DNA of 64,000 nt from an uncultured Prevotellaceae bacterium (GCA_916438195.1 CAKAEQ010000001.1:1732900-1796899); one strand, 5' to 3'; numbered from the stretch's first letter, positions 35,012-46,898 are shown. Numbers and translations are program-made. Notes: generated by a model not told the origin, from the letters alone.

Positions 35012-35167
35012 ATGAATCTACAAAGTATTCTCTTGCTGCTGCTCATCGTGGCTATTGTGGTGGGTGTGCTTGCAAAAAAGATTTTTGAGCATCGACACAA
35101 CAAAAAGAAATGTGAAACGTGTCAGGCTCAAGGCTGTGCGCTCAAAGAGCTCCTCAACAAGGAATGA
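35012..35167 (+). CDS. Small FeoB-associated Cys-rich membrane protein (51 aa; not in ORF track)
   Basis: Hand translation MNLQSILLLLLIVAIVVGVLAKKIFEHRHNKKKCETCQAQGCALKELLNKE*; one TM then CxxC-x4-C, 12 nt after the feoB stop. Confidence 0.8.
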   Translation: MNLQSILLLLLIVAIVVGVLAKKIFEHRHNKKKCETCQAQGCALKELLNKE

Positions 35168-35249
35168 GGGCCACAAAGAAAGAGACACCGCTCCACAAGG
35201 AGTTGGAAGAAACTCTTAAGCATTTCACACAAATCAGTATAAAAAATCC

Positions 35250-35290
35250 GTCCGCAACCTCTCTTAGTGAGTGCTGCGGACTTTTTCTTT
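35250..35290 (+). terminator. Terminator of the feo operon
   Basis: GTCCGCA...TGCGGAC plus TTTTTCTTT. Confidence 0.6.
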
Positions 35291-35530
35291 GCGTGCATAT
35301 TAGTGGCAGCAAGCAATATCCCACACAGCATCATTTACTTTCCACAGAAAAAAGCAAATAGATGATTCTTCTATGTAGTTCGCTCAAACAAGAAAAAGTA
35401 AAGACAAAAGAGGATAGAAAACGCAAAAGTCCACTTTCCCGACTAAATATTCCCATTTTGTTAGGCATTATTCATAGTATTTAATATATTTGCCGCAAAT
35501 TTCCATTTATAACTCAAAATTCATTTTGTT

Positions 35531-38396
35531 ATGAGGAGTACTATAGTAGCAATGATGATGTTTCCACTGGCTATGTATGCGCAAAACGTTACGTTGCCTT
35601 GGACACAGACATTCGAAGAGGAATCCGCCTTCGAACGCTTCACAGTGCTTGACGCAAACACAGACGATCAAGCCTTCAAGTTTAATCTCATATCTCAGGC
35701 CGCTTCTTGTGCGCGCACGATACAAGCCGACGACTGGTTGTTCAGTCCGACGGTAGCGCTCAAAGCAGGTAAGACCTATTCGCTGGCCTTTGTTGTCAGC
35801 GGAGAGTCGCAGAATGCAAAGGAAACCTACGAAGTGAAAATTGGTCAAGGCACCACGGTGGACAATATGACCAAGACACTCATAGAGGAAAAGGAAGCCC
35901 CAGAAGATTATGTTGAGAAAGCCACAGTGAAGACCACTTTCTCCGTTGCTGCCGATGGCGAATACAACATTGGTTGGCACTTCAACACCGCTTTCCAGTT
36001 CAACGAAGGTGCACTATATATATATAGTATAGAACTCAAGGAGGAACTTGCAGCAGGGGCTCCTACAGCCGTAACGAATGCAACGGTTACGCCCGCTGCC
36101 AACGGTGGCAACTCTGCCGTTATCAACTTCACCGCGCCCAGCACCGACCAGTCGGGTGGCGTTCTCACCAGCCTAACGAAGATTGACGTTTATCGTGGCG
36201 ACCAACTCGTTCATACTTTTGAAAATCCGCTACCAGGTAGCGCACTGAGTTATACCGACACCAATGTGCCCAATGGTACAACGACTTACAAGCTCGTACC
36301 CTCCAACGCACAAGGTCAGGGTTCAGAAGTGAGCGTGAGCGCATTTGTGGGCGTTGATACGCCTGCTGCCGTTGCCAAGCTCAATCTGACTTACGCCAAT
36401 GGTAAGGCGCAACTCGCTTGGGAAAAAGTGACGACTGGCGCCAATGGTGCTTATGTGAATCCCGCAAGCGTCACCTACACACTGAAGCGTGGAAAATCCA
36501 CCGAACTTGCCTCCGCATTAACGGCTAACACCTATGAGGACACCCCCACAGTGCCAGAACAGCAGGAATTGCTCTACTACAGCATCACGCCGAAAAATGA
36601 AGCCGGTGAAGGCAAGGTGACATACTCCAAGATGGTGGTAACGGGTAAACCCTACACACTGCCAATGTTTGAATCCTTCAAGAATGGTAAAATGTCCAAC
36701 TTCTGGTTGGTCGACTACAACAAGCGTGTTCGTTGGACTCCGCTGAGCGACGAAGGCAGTTTCGCACAAGACGCAGACCGCGGCTTTATCGCCTTCACGC
36801 CGATGTTCGATGGAGAATGGTCGCGCTTGGAGAGCGGTTTGATTGATCTTGGCACTGCCAAAGAACCGATGCTGACATTCTACTACAAGACTCACACACA
36901 AGCTGAGGACACATTGGTTGTATCCGTTTCCAAAGGACTATGCAGCTCTTGATACCATTAAGGCCATCCCGATGCAGACCACTGCAACACGTCAGTGGAT
37001 AAAGGTGGAATTGCCTTTGAAGCAATTCGTGGGTAGCAAATTCATCCAGTTGGCTTTCGACTATAAGGGACAGAGCAATGCAAGCAATATCTACCTCGAC
37101 AACATCAGTTTGGTGGACCGTCAGGACAATGACCTCAAGGCCGAACTCACTGAAGCTCCTGCTCATCTGCGCGTGGACTACCCCGCATCTGTCGTTGTGA
37201 GCGTGACCAATATCGGTGCTAATGCTGCCAACGACTACGACGTGGTGCTCTACAACGGCGACAAGCGTTTGGCAAGTATGAAGGGTGCAGCCGTTGCACA
37301 AGGCAACAAAGTGGCAAATACGCTGACGTTCACTCCGCAACGCGACTTAGGCGATGTTGCCAACCTCTACGCTAAGGTGGAATATACAGCCGACCAAGAT
37401 TTGACGGACAACACGACCGACACAGTGAGTGTGAATGTGAAATATCCTTCCTACCCCGCAGCAAAACAATTGCAAGCTGTTGCTGGCACCAACAACAAAC
37501 TGACATGGGGAACTCCCAACGCTCCGCGCACACAGGACGAACCTGTCACTGAAAGCTTCGAAGACTACGCCGACTTCACGTACAAGAACATTGGCGACTG
37601 GTCGCTCTACGACGTAGACAACCACACCGTTTACGGCTTCAACGAATCCAGTTTCCCAGGTATGGGCGACCGCCAAGCATGGACAGTATTCAACTACTCC
37701 GCAACAACCCCCGCCAGCGGTCCAGGTTGGAAGGGCCACAGCGGCAACAAGCTGCTCATCTCCTTCGGTGCTCCTCGCGCCGTGACCCAGAACTGGCTCG
37801 TTTCTCCCGAACTTCCGGGTAAGGCTCAGACCATCTCTCTCTGGGAAAAGGCATACAAGGGCGACAACAACGAGACTTACAGCGTGTACTACTCCACTAC
37901 GGGCTTCAACCGCGCCGACTTCCAGCTGATTACTGACGCTCATGTGGTTCCGACAGACTGGGCTAAGGCAGAATACAACCTGCCCGAGGGTGCTAAATAC
38001 TTTGCTATCGTGGCATCCAGCAAGGATGGTTTCGCCACACTCATTGACGACATCACCTTCTTGCCCGACTCTTCAGCAGCACAACAGTTGACGCTCGTGG
38101 GCTACAACATCTATCGCGATGGCGTTAAGGTGAACAGCACACCGGTTCAAGGCAATCAGTTCACAGACACTGTGGGCGGTGGCCAATACACCTACACCGT
38201 AACAGCCGTCTACGACAAGGGCGAATCTCGCTTCTCCAATGCTGCCAAAGCTGAAGTTGCTTCGGGCATCGAAACCGCTGAAACGGCAACGGCTGCCGAA
38301 GCAAACGCTCCGCGCTACGACCTCTCTGGCCGCCGCGTTGGCAAGACCTTCAAGGGTCTCTACATCAGCAACGGCAAGAAGCTCATCAGCAAATAA
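35531..38396 (+). CDS. T9SS-secreted surface protein with cleaved-adhesin/choice-of-anchor-J, FN3 and CARDB-like domains, frameshifted near 36930
   Basis: ADDWLFSP, QNWLVSPEL, GAKYFAI, GYNIYRDG..VTAVYDKGES; C-terminal YDLSGRRV..KGLYISNGKK sorting domain; promoter TATATTTG at 35485. Confidence 0.8.
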
Positions 38397-38424
38397 TAGA
38401 TTCATATCTACTTCTTAATACTCC

Positions 38425-38466
38425 AACAGCTGCACGATGACAACACCGTGCAGCTGTTTTCTTTTT
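38425..38466 (+). terminator. Intrinsic terminator
   Basis: AACAGCTGCACG-loop-CGTGCAGCTGTT plus TTCTTTTT. Confidence 0.8.
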
Positions 38467-38507
38467 CCCCACCATCAGCCTCCCACTCTGACAGCACCGA
38501 AAAATAC

Positions 38508-38577
38508 AATAAGGATGCTGGCAGAGAGAATAAGACTGTCGGCCCACGCTCTTATTGTGTCGGCTGGCAGTCTTTTT
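38508..38577. repeat. 21-bp-period array, copy E
   Basis: Boxes at 38508 (AATAAGG), 38529 (AATAAGA), 38550 (TCTTATT), 38571 (TCTTTTT, degenerate). Confidence 0.8.
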
Positions 38578-38781
38578 CTGTTTTCTCACCTCCTCCCCAT
38601 CAGGAAGCAGAGGAGAAACAAGGTGGGCAACATGACTTTACCCACATTCCCCTCTTCTTTTCTCCCCATTTTCTCCCCTTTCTAATGAGCCAAGAGGAGC
38701 AGAGGAAAGCACACAAAAGAACGTTTCTTTTTGCATTTCCCTGGCTTTACACTACATTTGGGGCATAAAAAGACATTTGAA

Positions 38782-40674
38782 ATGCCTAAGTTTAAATACT
38801 TATCCAAAATAAATTCACCTGCTGACCTTCGACAGCTACGCGTTGAGGAACTCCCCGCCGTGTGCGAAGAATTGCGCGCCGACATCATTGAGGAAGTGTC
38901 CCACAACCCAGGGCATCTCGCTTCGAGCCTGGGCGTTGTGGAACTCACCGTAGCCCTCCACTATGTGTTCAGCACCCCCTACGACCGCATTGTGTGGGAC
39001 GTGGGACATCAGGCCTATGGTCATAAAATCCTGACAGGCCGCCGCGATCAATTCTACACCAACCGAAAGCTCCACGGCATCTGTCCGTTCCCCACGCCCC
39101 GCGAGAGCGAATACGACACATTCACCTGTGGTCATGCGTCCAACTCCATCTCGGCAGCCTTAGGTATGGCCGTGGCCGCTCTGAAGAAGGGCGAAGTGGA
39201 CCGCCATGTAGTGGCCGTGATCGGCGATGGCTCCATGAGCGGCGGTTTAGCCTTCGAAGGTCTCAACAACACCAGCGACACGCCCAACAACATGCTCATC
39301 GTTCTGAACGACAACAACATGAGCATTGACAGTTCGGTGGGCGGCATGAAGCAATACCTGCTACATCTGCACACAAGCAGCAAATACAACAGTTTGCGCT
39401 TCCGCCTCTCTCGCCTGTTCTACAAATGGGGCTGGCTCAATGAAGACCGCCGTCGCGCAGCTATTCGTTTCAACAACGCCTTGAAGTCGCTGATTGCCAA
39501 TCAGCAAAATATCTTCGAGGGCATGAATATCCGCTATTTCGGTCCGATGGACGGACACAACGTTATAGAACTCGTACGCACGCTCCAGCGCATCAAGGAA
39601 ATGGGCGGCCCAAAGTTGCTCCACATCCACACCATCAAAGGCAAGGGCTTAGCCCCCGCGGAGGACGATCCCACCGTTTGGCACGCCCCTGGTAAGTTCG
39701 ACCCCGACAGCGGGGAGCGCGTGGTGCAGAACAAGGCCAACCAACCACCCAAATTCCAAGACGTGTTTGGCGAGACCCTTGTGGAACTGGCACAGCAGAA
39801 TGAGAAAATCATCGGCGTGACGCCCGCCATGCCCACAGGGTGTTCCATGAACATCCTGATGAAAGCCCTGCCCGGCCGCGCCTACGATGTGGGCATTGCC
39901 GAAGGCCACGCCATGACCTTCAGCGCGGGTATGGCCAAAGAAGGCATGATACCGTTTTGCAACATTTACAGCGCCTTCAGTCAGCGCGCTTACGACAATA
40001 TCATCCACGATGCTGCCATCTTGAATTTGCCCGTAGTGCTCTGTCTGGATCGTGCTGGCATTGTGGGAGCCGACGGTCCTACGCATCACGGTGTGTTCGA
40101 CATGGCCGCACTGCGTCCCGTCCCCAATCTCACCATCGCCTCGCCCTACGACGAGCAAGAGTTGCGCCGCCTCATGTACACGGCACAGCTGCCCGGCAAG
40201 GGGACTTTCGTGATACGCTACCCCCGCGGATGTGGCCGCCTGACGGACTGGCGCTGCCCGCTGGAGGAAGTGCCCGTGGGCAAAGGGCGCAAAATCAAGG
40301 ACGGAACCGATCTGGCCATCGTCAGCATTGGCCCGATTGGCAACATAGCTGCCGACGCTATTGCCGAAGTGGAGCAAGAGACGGGCAAGACCATCGCGCT
40401 CTACGACCTACGCTTCCTCAAGCCCCTCGACGAGGAGCTGCTGACGGAAGTGGGCCACCGCTTCAGCCATGTCATCACCATCGAAGACGGAACGAGGGCT
40501 GGAGGCATGGGCAGCGCCGTACTCGAATTTATGGACGACCACGACCTGCCCGCACGCATCCATCGCCTCGGCTTGCCCGACGAATTTGTGGAGCACGGCA
40601 GTGTGGACGAACTCTACCACATCGTAGGCCTTGACAAAGACAGCATCGTCCGCGAAATAAAAAGAAGATTATAG
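38782..40674 (+). CDS. dxs: 1-deoxy-D-xylulose-5-phosphate synthase
   Basis: [64 protein letters not shown]; promoter TACATTTG at 38753. Confidence 0.97.
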   Translation: MPKFKYLSKINSPADLRQLRVEELPAVCEELRADIIEEVSHNPGHLASSLGVVELTVALHYVFSTPYDRIVWDVGHQAYGHKILTGRRDQFYTNRKLHGICPFPTPRESEYDTFTCGHASNSISAALGMAVAALKKGEVDRHVVAVIGDGSMSGGLAFEGLNNTSDTPNNMLIVLNDNNMSIDSSVGGMKQYLLHLHTSSKYNSLRFRLSRLFYKWGWLNEDRRRAAIRFNNALKSLIANQQNIFEGMNIRYFGPMDGHNVIELVRTLQRIKEMGGPKLLHIHTIKGKGLAPAEDDPTVWHAPGKFDPDSGERVVQNKANQPPKFQDVFGETLVELAQQNEKIIGVTPAMPTGCSMNILMKALPGRAYDVGIAEGHAMTFSAGMAKEGMIPFCNIYSAFSQRAYDNIIHDAAILNLPVVLCLDRAGIVGADGPTHHGVFDMAALRPVPNLTIASPYDEQELRRLMYTAQLPGKGTFVIRYPRGCGRLTDWRCPLEEVPVGKGRKIKDGTDLAIVSIGPIGNIAADAIAEVEQETGKTIALYDLRFLKPLDEELLTEVGHRFSHVITIEDGTRAGGMGSAVLEFMDDHDLPARIHRLGLPDEFVEHGSVDELYHIVGLDKDSIVREIKRRL

Positions 40675-40725
40675 GAAAGCTCTTCTCCATGAAAGAGGAG
40701 CGCACAACTCATTCTATAGAAGATT

Positions 40726-42069
40726 ATGAAAATTATCATTGCTGGTGCAGGCGCAGTAGGAACTCATCTGGCCAAACTTTTCTCGTTGGAGAACCATGAC
40801 ATCACGCTCATTGATGAAGATATGGGCCGACTGATGGACATCGGTAACGACTTCGATATTCTCACGCTCAACGATGACCCATCCTCCATCCATGTGATTC
40901 GGGATGCTGGAGCGCGCAATGCAGACTTATTCATCGCTGTTACTCCCGACGAGGCACACAACCTCACCATTTGCATGCTGGCCAAGCAGTTGGGGGCAAA
41001 GCAAACAGTGGCGCGCGTGAACAACCATGAGTACGCGCTTGAGAGTAACCGCGAGCTCTTCAGCCAGACGGGTGTGGACAGCATTATCTATCCCGAAATG
41101 GCCGCTGGTAAGGAAATCATGGACAACATCCGCCGCAGCTGGACCCGCCAGTGGATTCCGATGCTCAACGATCAGCTTGTGTTGCTCTGCATCAAAGTGA
41201 GAACGGGAGCGAGGATTCTCAACGTGCCGCTCCGCGATATCTCCAAGCCCGACAGCCCTTACCACGTTGTGGCCATCAAGCGTAAAGAGGACACCATCAT
41301 CCCCCACGGCAACGACTGCCTACTCGACCAGGATGTGGTCTACTTCATGACAACGGAGCTCGAGGCGAGCTACATCAAAGAGATTGCCGGAAAGCAGGAC
41401 TATCCCGATGTGCGCAACGTTTTCTTCTTGGGCGGCGGCAACACCACGGAGAGAGCCTTGGCTTTCCTCCCCGACTATATGCACGCAAAAGTCTTCGAAA
41501 CCGACCCGCGCCGCATCGAGCATCTCCAGTCGCTCTATGAGGACAACCGCATCATGTGTATCAACGAAGACGGCCGCAATATCGACCTGCTCGAAGAAGA
41601 GGGCATCCATCGGGCGCAAGCCTTTGTGGCCACAACCTCGAGCAGTTCGGAGAACGTTTTGAGTTGCTTGAACGCCAAAAAGCTCGGCGTGAGAAAGACT
41701 GTGGCTTTGATTGACAATTCCAACTATGTGACGATGGCTCAGAGCCTCGACATCGGTTCTATCATAGACAAAAAAACACTGGCCGCCGACAAAATCTACA
41801 ACCGCATACTACGGTCGGACGTGACAAACGTGAAAAGCCTCATCATTGCCGCAGCCGATGTGGCGGAACTCGTGGTGAAAGAAGGTTCACGCGCCACGCG
41901 CCACCCTGTTCGCGACCTCAATTTGCCTTCCACTGTAACCCTGGGCGGCATGATGCGCAATGGCGTTGGATCGCTCATCAATGGTATGACGCAGTTGCAG
42001 GCTGGCGACACGGTGATGGCCTTCTGCATCGAAGGAAGCATCAATAAACTCGGAAAATATTTTAATTAA
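40726..42069 (+). CDS. trkA: Trk potassium uptake NAD-binding subunit TrkA
   Basis: MKIIIAGAGAVG Rossmann start; duplicated RCK_N/RCK_C architecture. Confidence 0.93.
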   Translation: MKIIIAGAGAVGTHLAKLFSLENHDITLIDEDMGRLMDIGNDFDILTLNDDPSSIHVIRDAGARNADLFIAVTPDEAHNLTICMLAKQLGAKQTVARVNNHEYALESNRELFSQTGVDSIIYPEMAAGKEIMDNIRRSWTRQWIPMLNDQLVLLCIKVRTGARILNVPLRDISKPDSPYHVVAIKRKEDTIIPHGNDCLLDQDVVYFMTTELEASYIKEIAGKQDYPDVRNVFFLGGGNTTERALAFLPDYMHAKVFETDPRRIEHLQSLYEDNRIMCINEDGRNIDLLEEEGIHRAQAFVATTSSSSENVLSCLNAKKLGVRKTVALIDNSNYVTMAQSLDIGSIIDKKTLAADKIYNRILRSDVTNVKSLIIAAADVAELVVKEGSRATRHPVRDLNLPSTVTLGGMMRNGVGSLINGMTQLQAGDTVMAFCIEGSINKLGKYFN

Positions 42070-42085
42070 AACACCCATAGTAATC

Positions 42086-42568
42086 ATGTATTCAGATTTT
42101 TTCCTTGGTCTTTTAGTAGGACTCCTTATCGTGCTCTTCATCAGTGGCTACGTGAAGTATTATTGGAACAACCGCAAAGGCGGCACATTGCAGAAACCCA
42201 TTGAGGAAGCCCTGCGCGAACCCGATGCATGGGAGAGCAAGAAGGCTGCCCTTGAGCAGCAGTATGGTCCGATCACGAAAGAGGTGGTTGTGACCCACTA
42301 CATCGACGACGTGAGCGATAACGCGTTCTTCTTCGATGCTTCGCGCACACTCCTCCTTATGAATTTCCCCATCAAGTACGACTCCATCGAGCAATACAGC
42401 CTTAGCTTCGACGGCGTTTATGTGCTGAAAGTTTGGGTGGAGGGACTTCCGGGTCACTATCTCACGCAGAGCACCAACAATGCGCAGGCTGCCAACGAAC
42501 TGAAGGCAGAACTGGCGCGCGTGGTGGGCGAAGACAAGCTCTACACCATTACCGAAAAGTGGAACTAA
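42086..42568 (+). CDS. Hypothetical protein with N-terminal TM anchor
   Basis: 160-aa ORF with typical codon usage, 16 nt after trkA; hydrophobic N-terminus. Confidence 0.7.
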   Translation: MYSDFFLGLLVGLLIVLFISGYVKYYWNNRKGGTLQKPIEEALREPDAWESKKAALEQQYGPITKEVVVTHYIDDVSDNAFFFDASRTLLLMNFPIKYDSIEQYSLSFDGVYVLKVWVEGLPGHYLTQSTNNAQAANELKAELARVVGEDKLYTITEKWN

Positions 42569-42740
42569 ACTTCCTTCTGACACACTAACGGGCGGGGACG
42601 ACTTCCAGCAAGAAGAGGCATCCTCGCCCCCTTATTTTGCACTTTTTCCGAAAAGGCGTAACTTTGTCGTGGATAGTGCATGATTTCGTTCTATTTGTTC
42701 CACAAAATGGAACTCCTCGATAGGTCCAAAACAAAACAAT

Positions 42741-44196
42741 ATGAACTACAAAATAATCTGGTCCGTCCTCGGACAGTTGCTTTTCCTCGAAGCCGTTATC
42801 CTCTTGGGCACATGGGGCGTGGCTTACATCTACCACGAAGACGCCTTGCTCTCGCTCGGTCTTCCCACCTTCCTCAGCATCCTCGGCGGCATGTTGCTAA
42901 AGTTTGCAGGACGAGGATTTGAGAACCGCATGGGGCGGCGCGAGGGCTTCTTGATAGTGAGCTCCACATGGGTCTTGTTCTCCGTGGTGGGCATGCTGCC
43001 GTTCCTGCTGAGCGGCACGGAAAGTCGCGTGAGCTGTGCATTCTTCGAGGCCATGTCCGGATTCACCACTACGGGGGCCACGGTGCTCAACAACATCGAT
43101 TCCCTCCCTCATTGCATCAACTTCTGGCGCACCCTGACCCATTGGGTGGGCGGTGTGGGTATCGTGTTCTTCACCATCGCCATTCTGCCAAACATGGGCG
43201 TAGGGGAGCAGAAACTCTTCTCCGCTGAAGCCTCGGGACTAAACATCGGAAAACTCCATCCACGCATCCGCACCACGGCTCGCTGGATTGGGAGGCCTCT
43301 ATTTCTTCCTCACAATGGCTTGCGCCGTGAGCTTATATTTCGTTGGCATGACTCCGTTCGACGCCATCTGCCACGCGTTCTCCACCATGGGTACGGGAGG
43401 TTTCTCCACTCACCAGACGAGCATTGCTTTCTTTGATTCTATACAGATTGAATACGTCCTCAGCCTCTTCATGTTCTTTGCCAGCATCAATTTCACGTTG
43501 CTATACTTGGCCGTCATCAAACGCCGCTGGAAGGACGCTTGGAAGGACGGCGAACTGCGCTGTTTCCTGCTCATCCTCGTTAGTGTGATCGTAGTGGGGG
43601 CTCTTGTGCTCCACCTCGTGGACCACCGCCCGTGGGAAACAGCCATCCGACTCAGCACGTTCCATACCATATCCATACAGTCGACAACGGGATTCACCAC
43701 GGAGGACTTCATGCTGTGGCATCCCTCCACCTGGATGTTTGTTGCCTTTATCACGATGGTGGGAGCCTGTGCTGGCAGCACGAGTGGCGGTATCAAATGT
43801 ATCCGCGTCCTCACGATATGGAAAGCCATCGTCAATGAGTTCCGCCTCATCCTTCATCCCCATGCCGTTTTCCCGCTCCGCATCAACAGTCAGCCCCTTC
43901 CGCCGGCCGTGGTTCGCAACGTGTTCATTTTCGTGGCCTGCTATTTCGGCCTCACCTTGTTTGGCTCCATAGCTCTCATGGCGATGGGGCTCAGCATGAT
44001 GGACGCTGTGAGCTGCTGTATCACTACGCTCTCCAATGTGGGCCCTGGCTATGGCCATCTCATCGGACCGCTCGACTCTTGGAACGTTCTCCCTGATGCC
44101 GCCCTCTGGATCAACTCGTTCCTCATGCTGGCCGGCCGCTTGGAGATTTTCTCTCTGCTCCTCCCCTTCGTTCCGGATTTCTGGAGGGACAACTAA
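42741..44196 (+). CDS. trkH: Trk potassium uptake membrane protein TrkH, frameshifted near 43290
   Basis: FFEAMSGFTTTGAT, TGGFS, STTGF, GACAGSTSGGIK, SNVGPG, MLAGRLEIF; own promoter TAACTTTG at 42659. Confidence 0.93.
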
Positions 44197-44210
44197 TAAC
44201 AACTTTTTAT

Positions 44211-46202
44211 ATGAAGAAAATTCTCACCGCAATGATGCTTACCGCAACGATGGCTGCTAACAGCCAAACGGCGGGCTTCCGTTACACCGACGAGGCCTTT
44301 GCCGACATTCAGATGCTTCGCTACAAAGTGGAAGGCTTCGAGAAGCTGACCCTCCGCCAGAAGGCCCTCGTCTACTATCTCAGCGAGGCTGCTCTTCAAG
44401 GCCGCGACATCCTCTTCGACCAAAACGGACGCTACAACCTGCGCATACGGCGTATGCTCGAAACGGTCTATACGCAATATCGCGGCGACCGTAACAGCAA
44501 GGATTTCCGCGAACTCACCACTTACCTTAAGCGGGTGTGGTTTGCCAGTGGCATCCACCACCATTACGGTTCGGAGAAGTTCCAACCGGGCTTCTCGGAG
44601 AAATGGCTCCGCCAGACTTTTGGCCGATCTCAACTACTCGCTCGACGAGGAAATCTTCCCCGTCATCTTCAATCCGGAAGTGATGCCCATGCGCGTCAAC
44701 CAAAAGGACGGCGATGACCTCATCCTCACTTCGGCGGAAAACTACTACGGCCCGGGCGTTACGCAGGCTGAAGCGGAAGAGTTCTACACGCAACGCAAGG
44801 CCGTCAACGACCCACACCCCATCATGATGGGCCTCAACAGCCGCTTGGTGAAGGAGGACGGCGAACTCACGGAGCAAGTGTGGCGCGAACACGGCCTCTA
44901 TGGCTCGGCCATTACGCGCATCATCGATTGTCTGCAAAAGGCTCGCCCCTTCTGCGACACCGAGAAGCAGCAACACGTCATCGACAAGCTCATCGAGTTC
45001 TACCGCACTGGTGACCTCCGCACCTACGACGCTTGGTCCATCCTTTGGCTCAAAGATACGGAGGACCTCGTGGACTTCACCAACAACTTCACGGAGACTT
45101 ACGGCGACCCGCTCGGCATGAAAGCCAGCTGGGAAGCTATCGTCAACTTCAAGGACATCGAGGCCACGCGCCGCACCGAAACGCTCAGTGCCAACGCTCA
45201 ATGGTTTGAGGACCATTCGCCCGTAGACGCTCGTTTCAAGAAGGAGAAGGTGAAGGGCGTGAGCGCGAAGGTCATCACAGCGGCCATCCTCGGCGGCGAC
45301 CTCTACCCCTCAACGGCCATCGGCATCAACCTGCCCAACTCCGATTGGGTTCGAAAGGAACACGGCTCTAAGTCCGTCACCATCGGCAACCTGACCGATG
45401 CCTACAGCAAGGCGGCGCACGGCTCGGGCATGGACAAGGAATTTGTTATCGACGAGGCTACGCGCCAACTTATCAATCGCTATGGCGACATCACGGACGA
45501 TCTCCACACCGACCTCCACGAGTGTCTTGGCCATGGCTCGGGAAAACTCCTCCCTGGCACTGACCCCGACTCGCTCAAGGCCTACGGCTCTACCATCGAG
45601 GAGGGACGCGCCGACCTCTTCGGCCTCTACTATGTGGCCGACCCGAAATGACGGAACTTGGTCTTACGCCCGATGCTGAAGCCTACAAAGCGCAGTACTA
45701 CACCTACATGCAGAACGGTCTGCTCACGCAGCTGGTGCGCATCAAACCGGGCAACAACATTGAGGAGGCTCACATGCGCAACCGCGCCTTCATCGCCCAC
45801 TGGGCTTACGAGCATGGCCGCGACAAGAAGGTGGTGGAACTCGTGAAGAAGGGCGGAAAAACGTATGTTCGCATCAACGACTATCCTGCTCTGCGCCAAC
45901 TCTTCGGCAAACTCTTGGCTGAGGTGCAGCGCATCAAGAGCGAGGGCGACTATGAGGCCGCACGACAGCTCGTGGAGACTTACGGCGTGAAGGTAGACCC
46001 GAAACTCCACAAGGAAATCCTCGATCGCTACAACAAGCTCAACCTCAAACCCTACAAGGGCTTCATCAATCCTGTTTACTCGGCCGTTCGCGACGCACAA
46101 GGCAATATCACTGACGTGAAACTCGACTACACCGAGCCTTACGACAAACAGATGCTTCGCTACAGCCGCGACTACAATACGCTGCCGGATGTGAACGAGT
46201 GA
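44211..46202 (+). CDS. Dipeptidyl-peptidase III (M49), two frameshifts near 44615 and 45648
   Basis: FADIQMLRY, GIHHHYG, AIGINLPN, HECLGHGSG zinc motif, EEGRADL, IEEAHMRNR. Confidence 0.92.
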
Positions 46203-46209
46203 GCTTTTG

Positions 46210-46272
46210 GTCGGAGAAATCGGACCAGTCCGACCAGTCCGACCCGTCCGACTTGTCCGACTTGTCCGACTG
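46210..46272. repeat. 9-bp tandem repeat GTCCGAnnn, with the first two units inverted
   Basis: GTCGGAGAA ATCGGACCA GTCCGACCA GTCCGACCC GTCCGACTT GTCCGACTT GTCCGACTG. Confidence 0.8.
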
Positions 46273-46447
46273 CTCCAATATTTAGCCAAAAGCCCTTTCG
46301 CTTTTGCTGAAATTCGCTGAAAAATATCTCTCGCGCCCCAATATTCTGACGTAAGGAAGAATATTGGGTTTTCTTCTTCTTTTATCTTCTTCTTTTTATA
46401 GGGGGTGTGGGGGGAATCTTTTTCTTCTTCGTTTTTCTTCTTCTTGC

Positions 46448-46534
46448 GATGAGTGACAGATGAGTGCAAGATAAGTGCAGATGTGTGAGCGATGTGTGAG
46501 TGATGTGTGAGCGATGTGTGAGCGATGTGTGAAA
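46448..46534. repeat. 11-bp tandem repeat GATGTGTGAGC, eight units (three degenerate)
   Basis: Units at 46448, 46459, 46470, 46480, 46491, 46502, 46513, 46524. Confidence 0.85.
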
Positions 46535-46819
46535 GGAGGAGGCACACTGAAGGCGAGAAGCGTGCAAGAGGAAAAGAGGAGAAAGGCTGTTGTCCTACTT
46601 TCGAAACATAACGAGGAGCAGGAAATTGAGAGGAACTTTTTTACAACACACAGGCTCACTCCTCCCTCTCTCAACGAGTGAGAAAAAAACGACATTTCTG
46701 CAACGAGAAAAGCAGCCAGAAAGAGAACTAAAATTTCGGTAAGATTTTTATACTATTTTTTCAATGGTCTTAGATTGTCAAAGAACGCTTCGGAACGGGA
46801 TATTGCACCGTTCACACCA

Positions 46820-46827
46820 CAAAGATA
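46820..46827 (-). promoter_or_regulatory. -7 promoter element firing leftward into an unannotated region
   Basis: CAAAGATA = TATCTTTG on the minus strand. Confidence 0.5.
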
Positions 46828-46898
46828 CAACATTCCCCCGACTCTCTCCAAACATTTCCCCTCCCTTTTTCCCTTCTTTCTTCCCTCCCCGTCAGCAT

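Noticed and set aside
45630..46547. 305-aa minus-strand ORF as a real gene
   Set aside because: Most of it is antisense to DPP III and the rest runs through tandem repeats; only the 46273-46827 part is kept as a finding.
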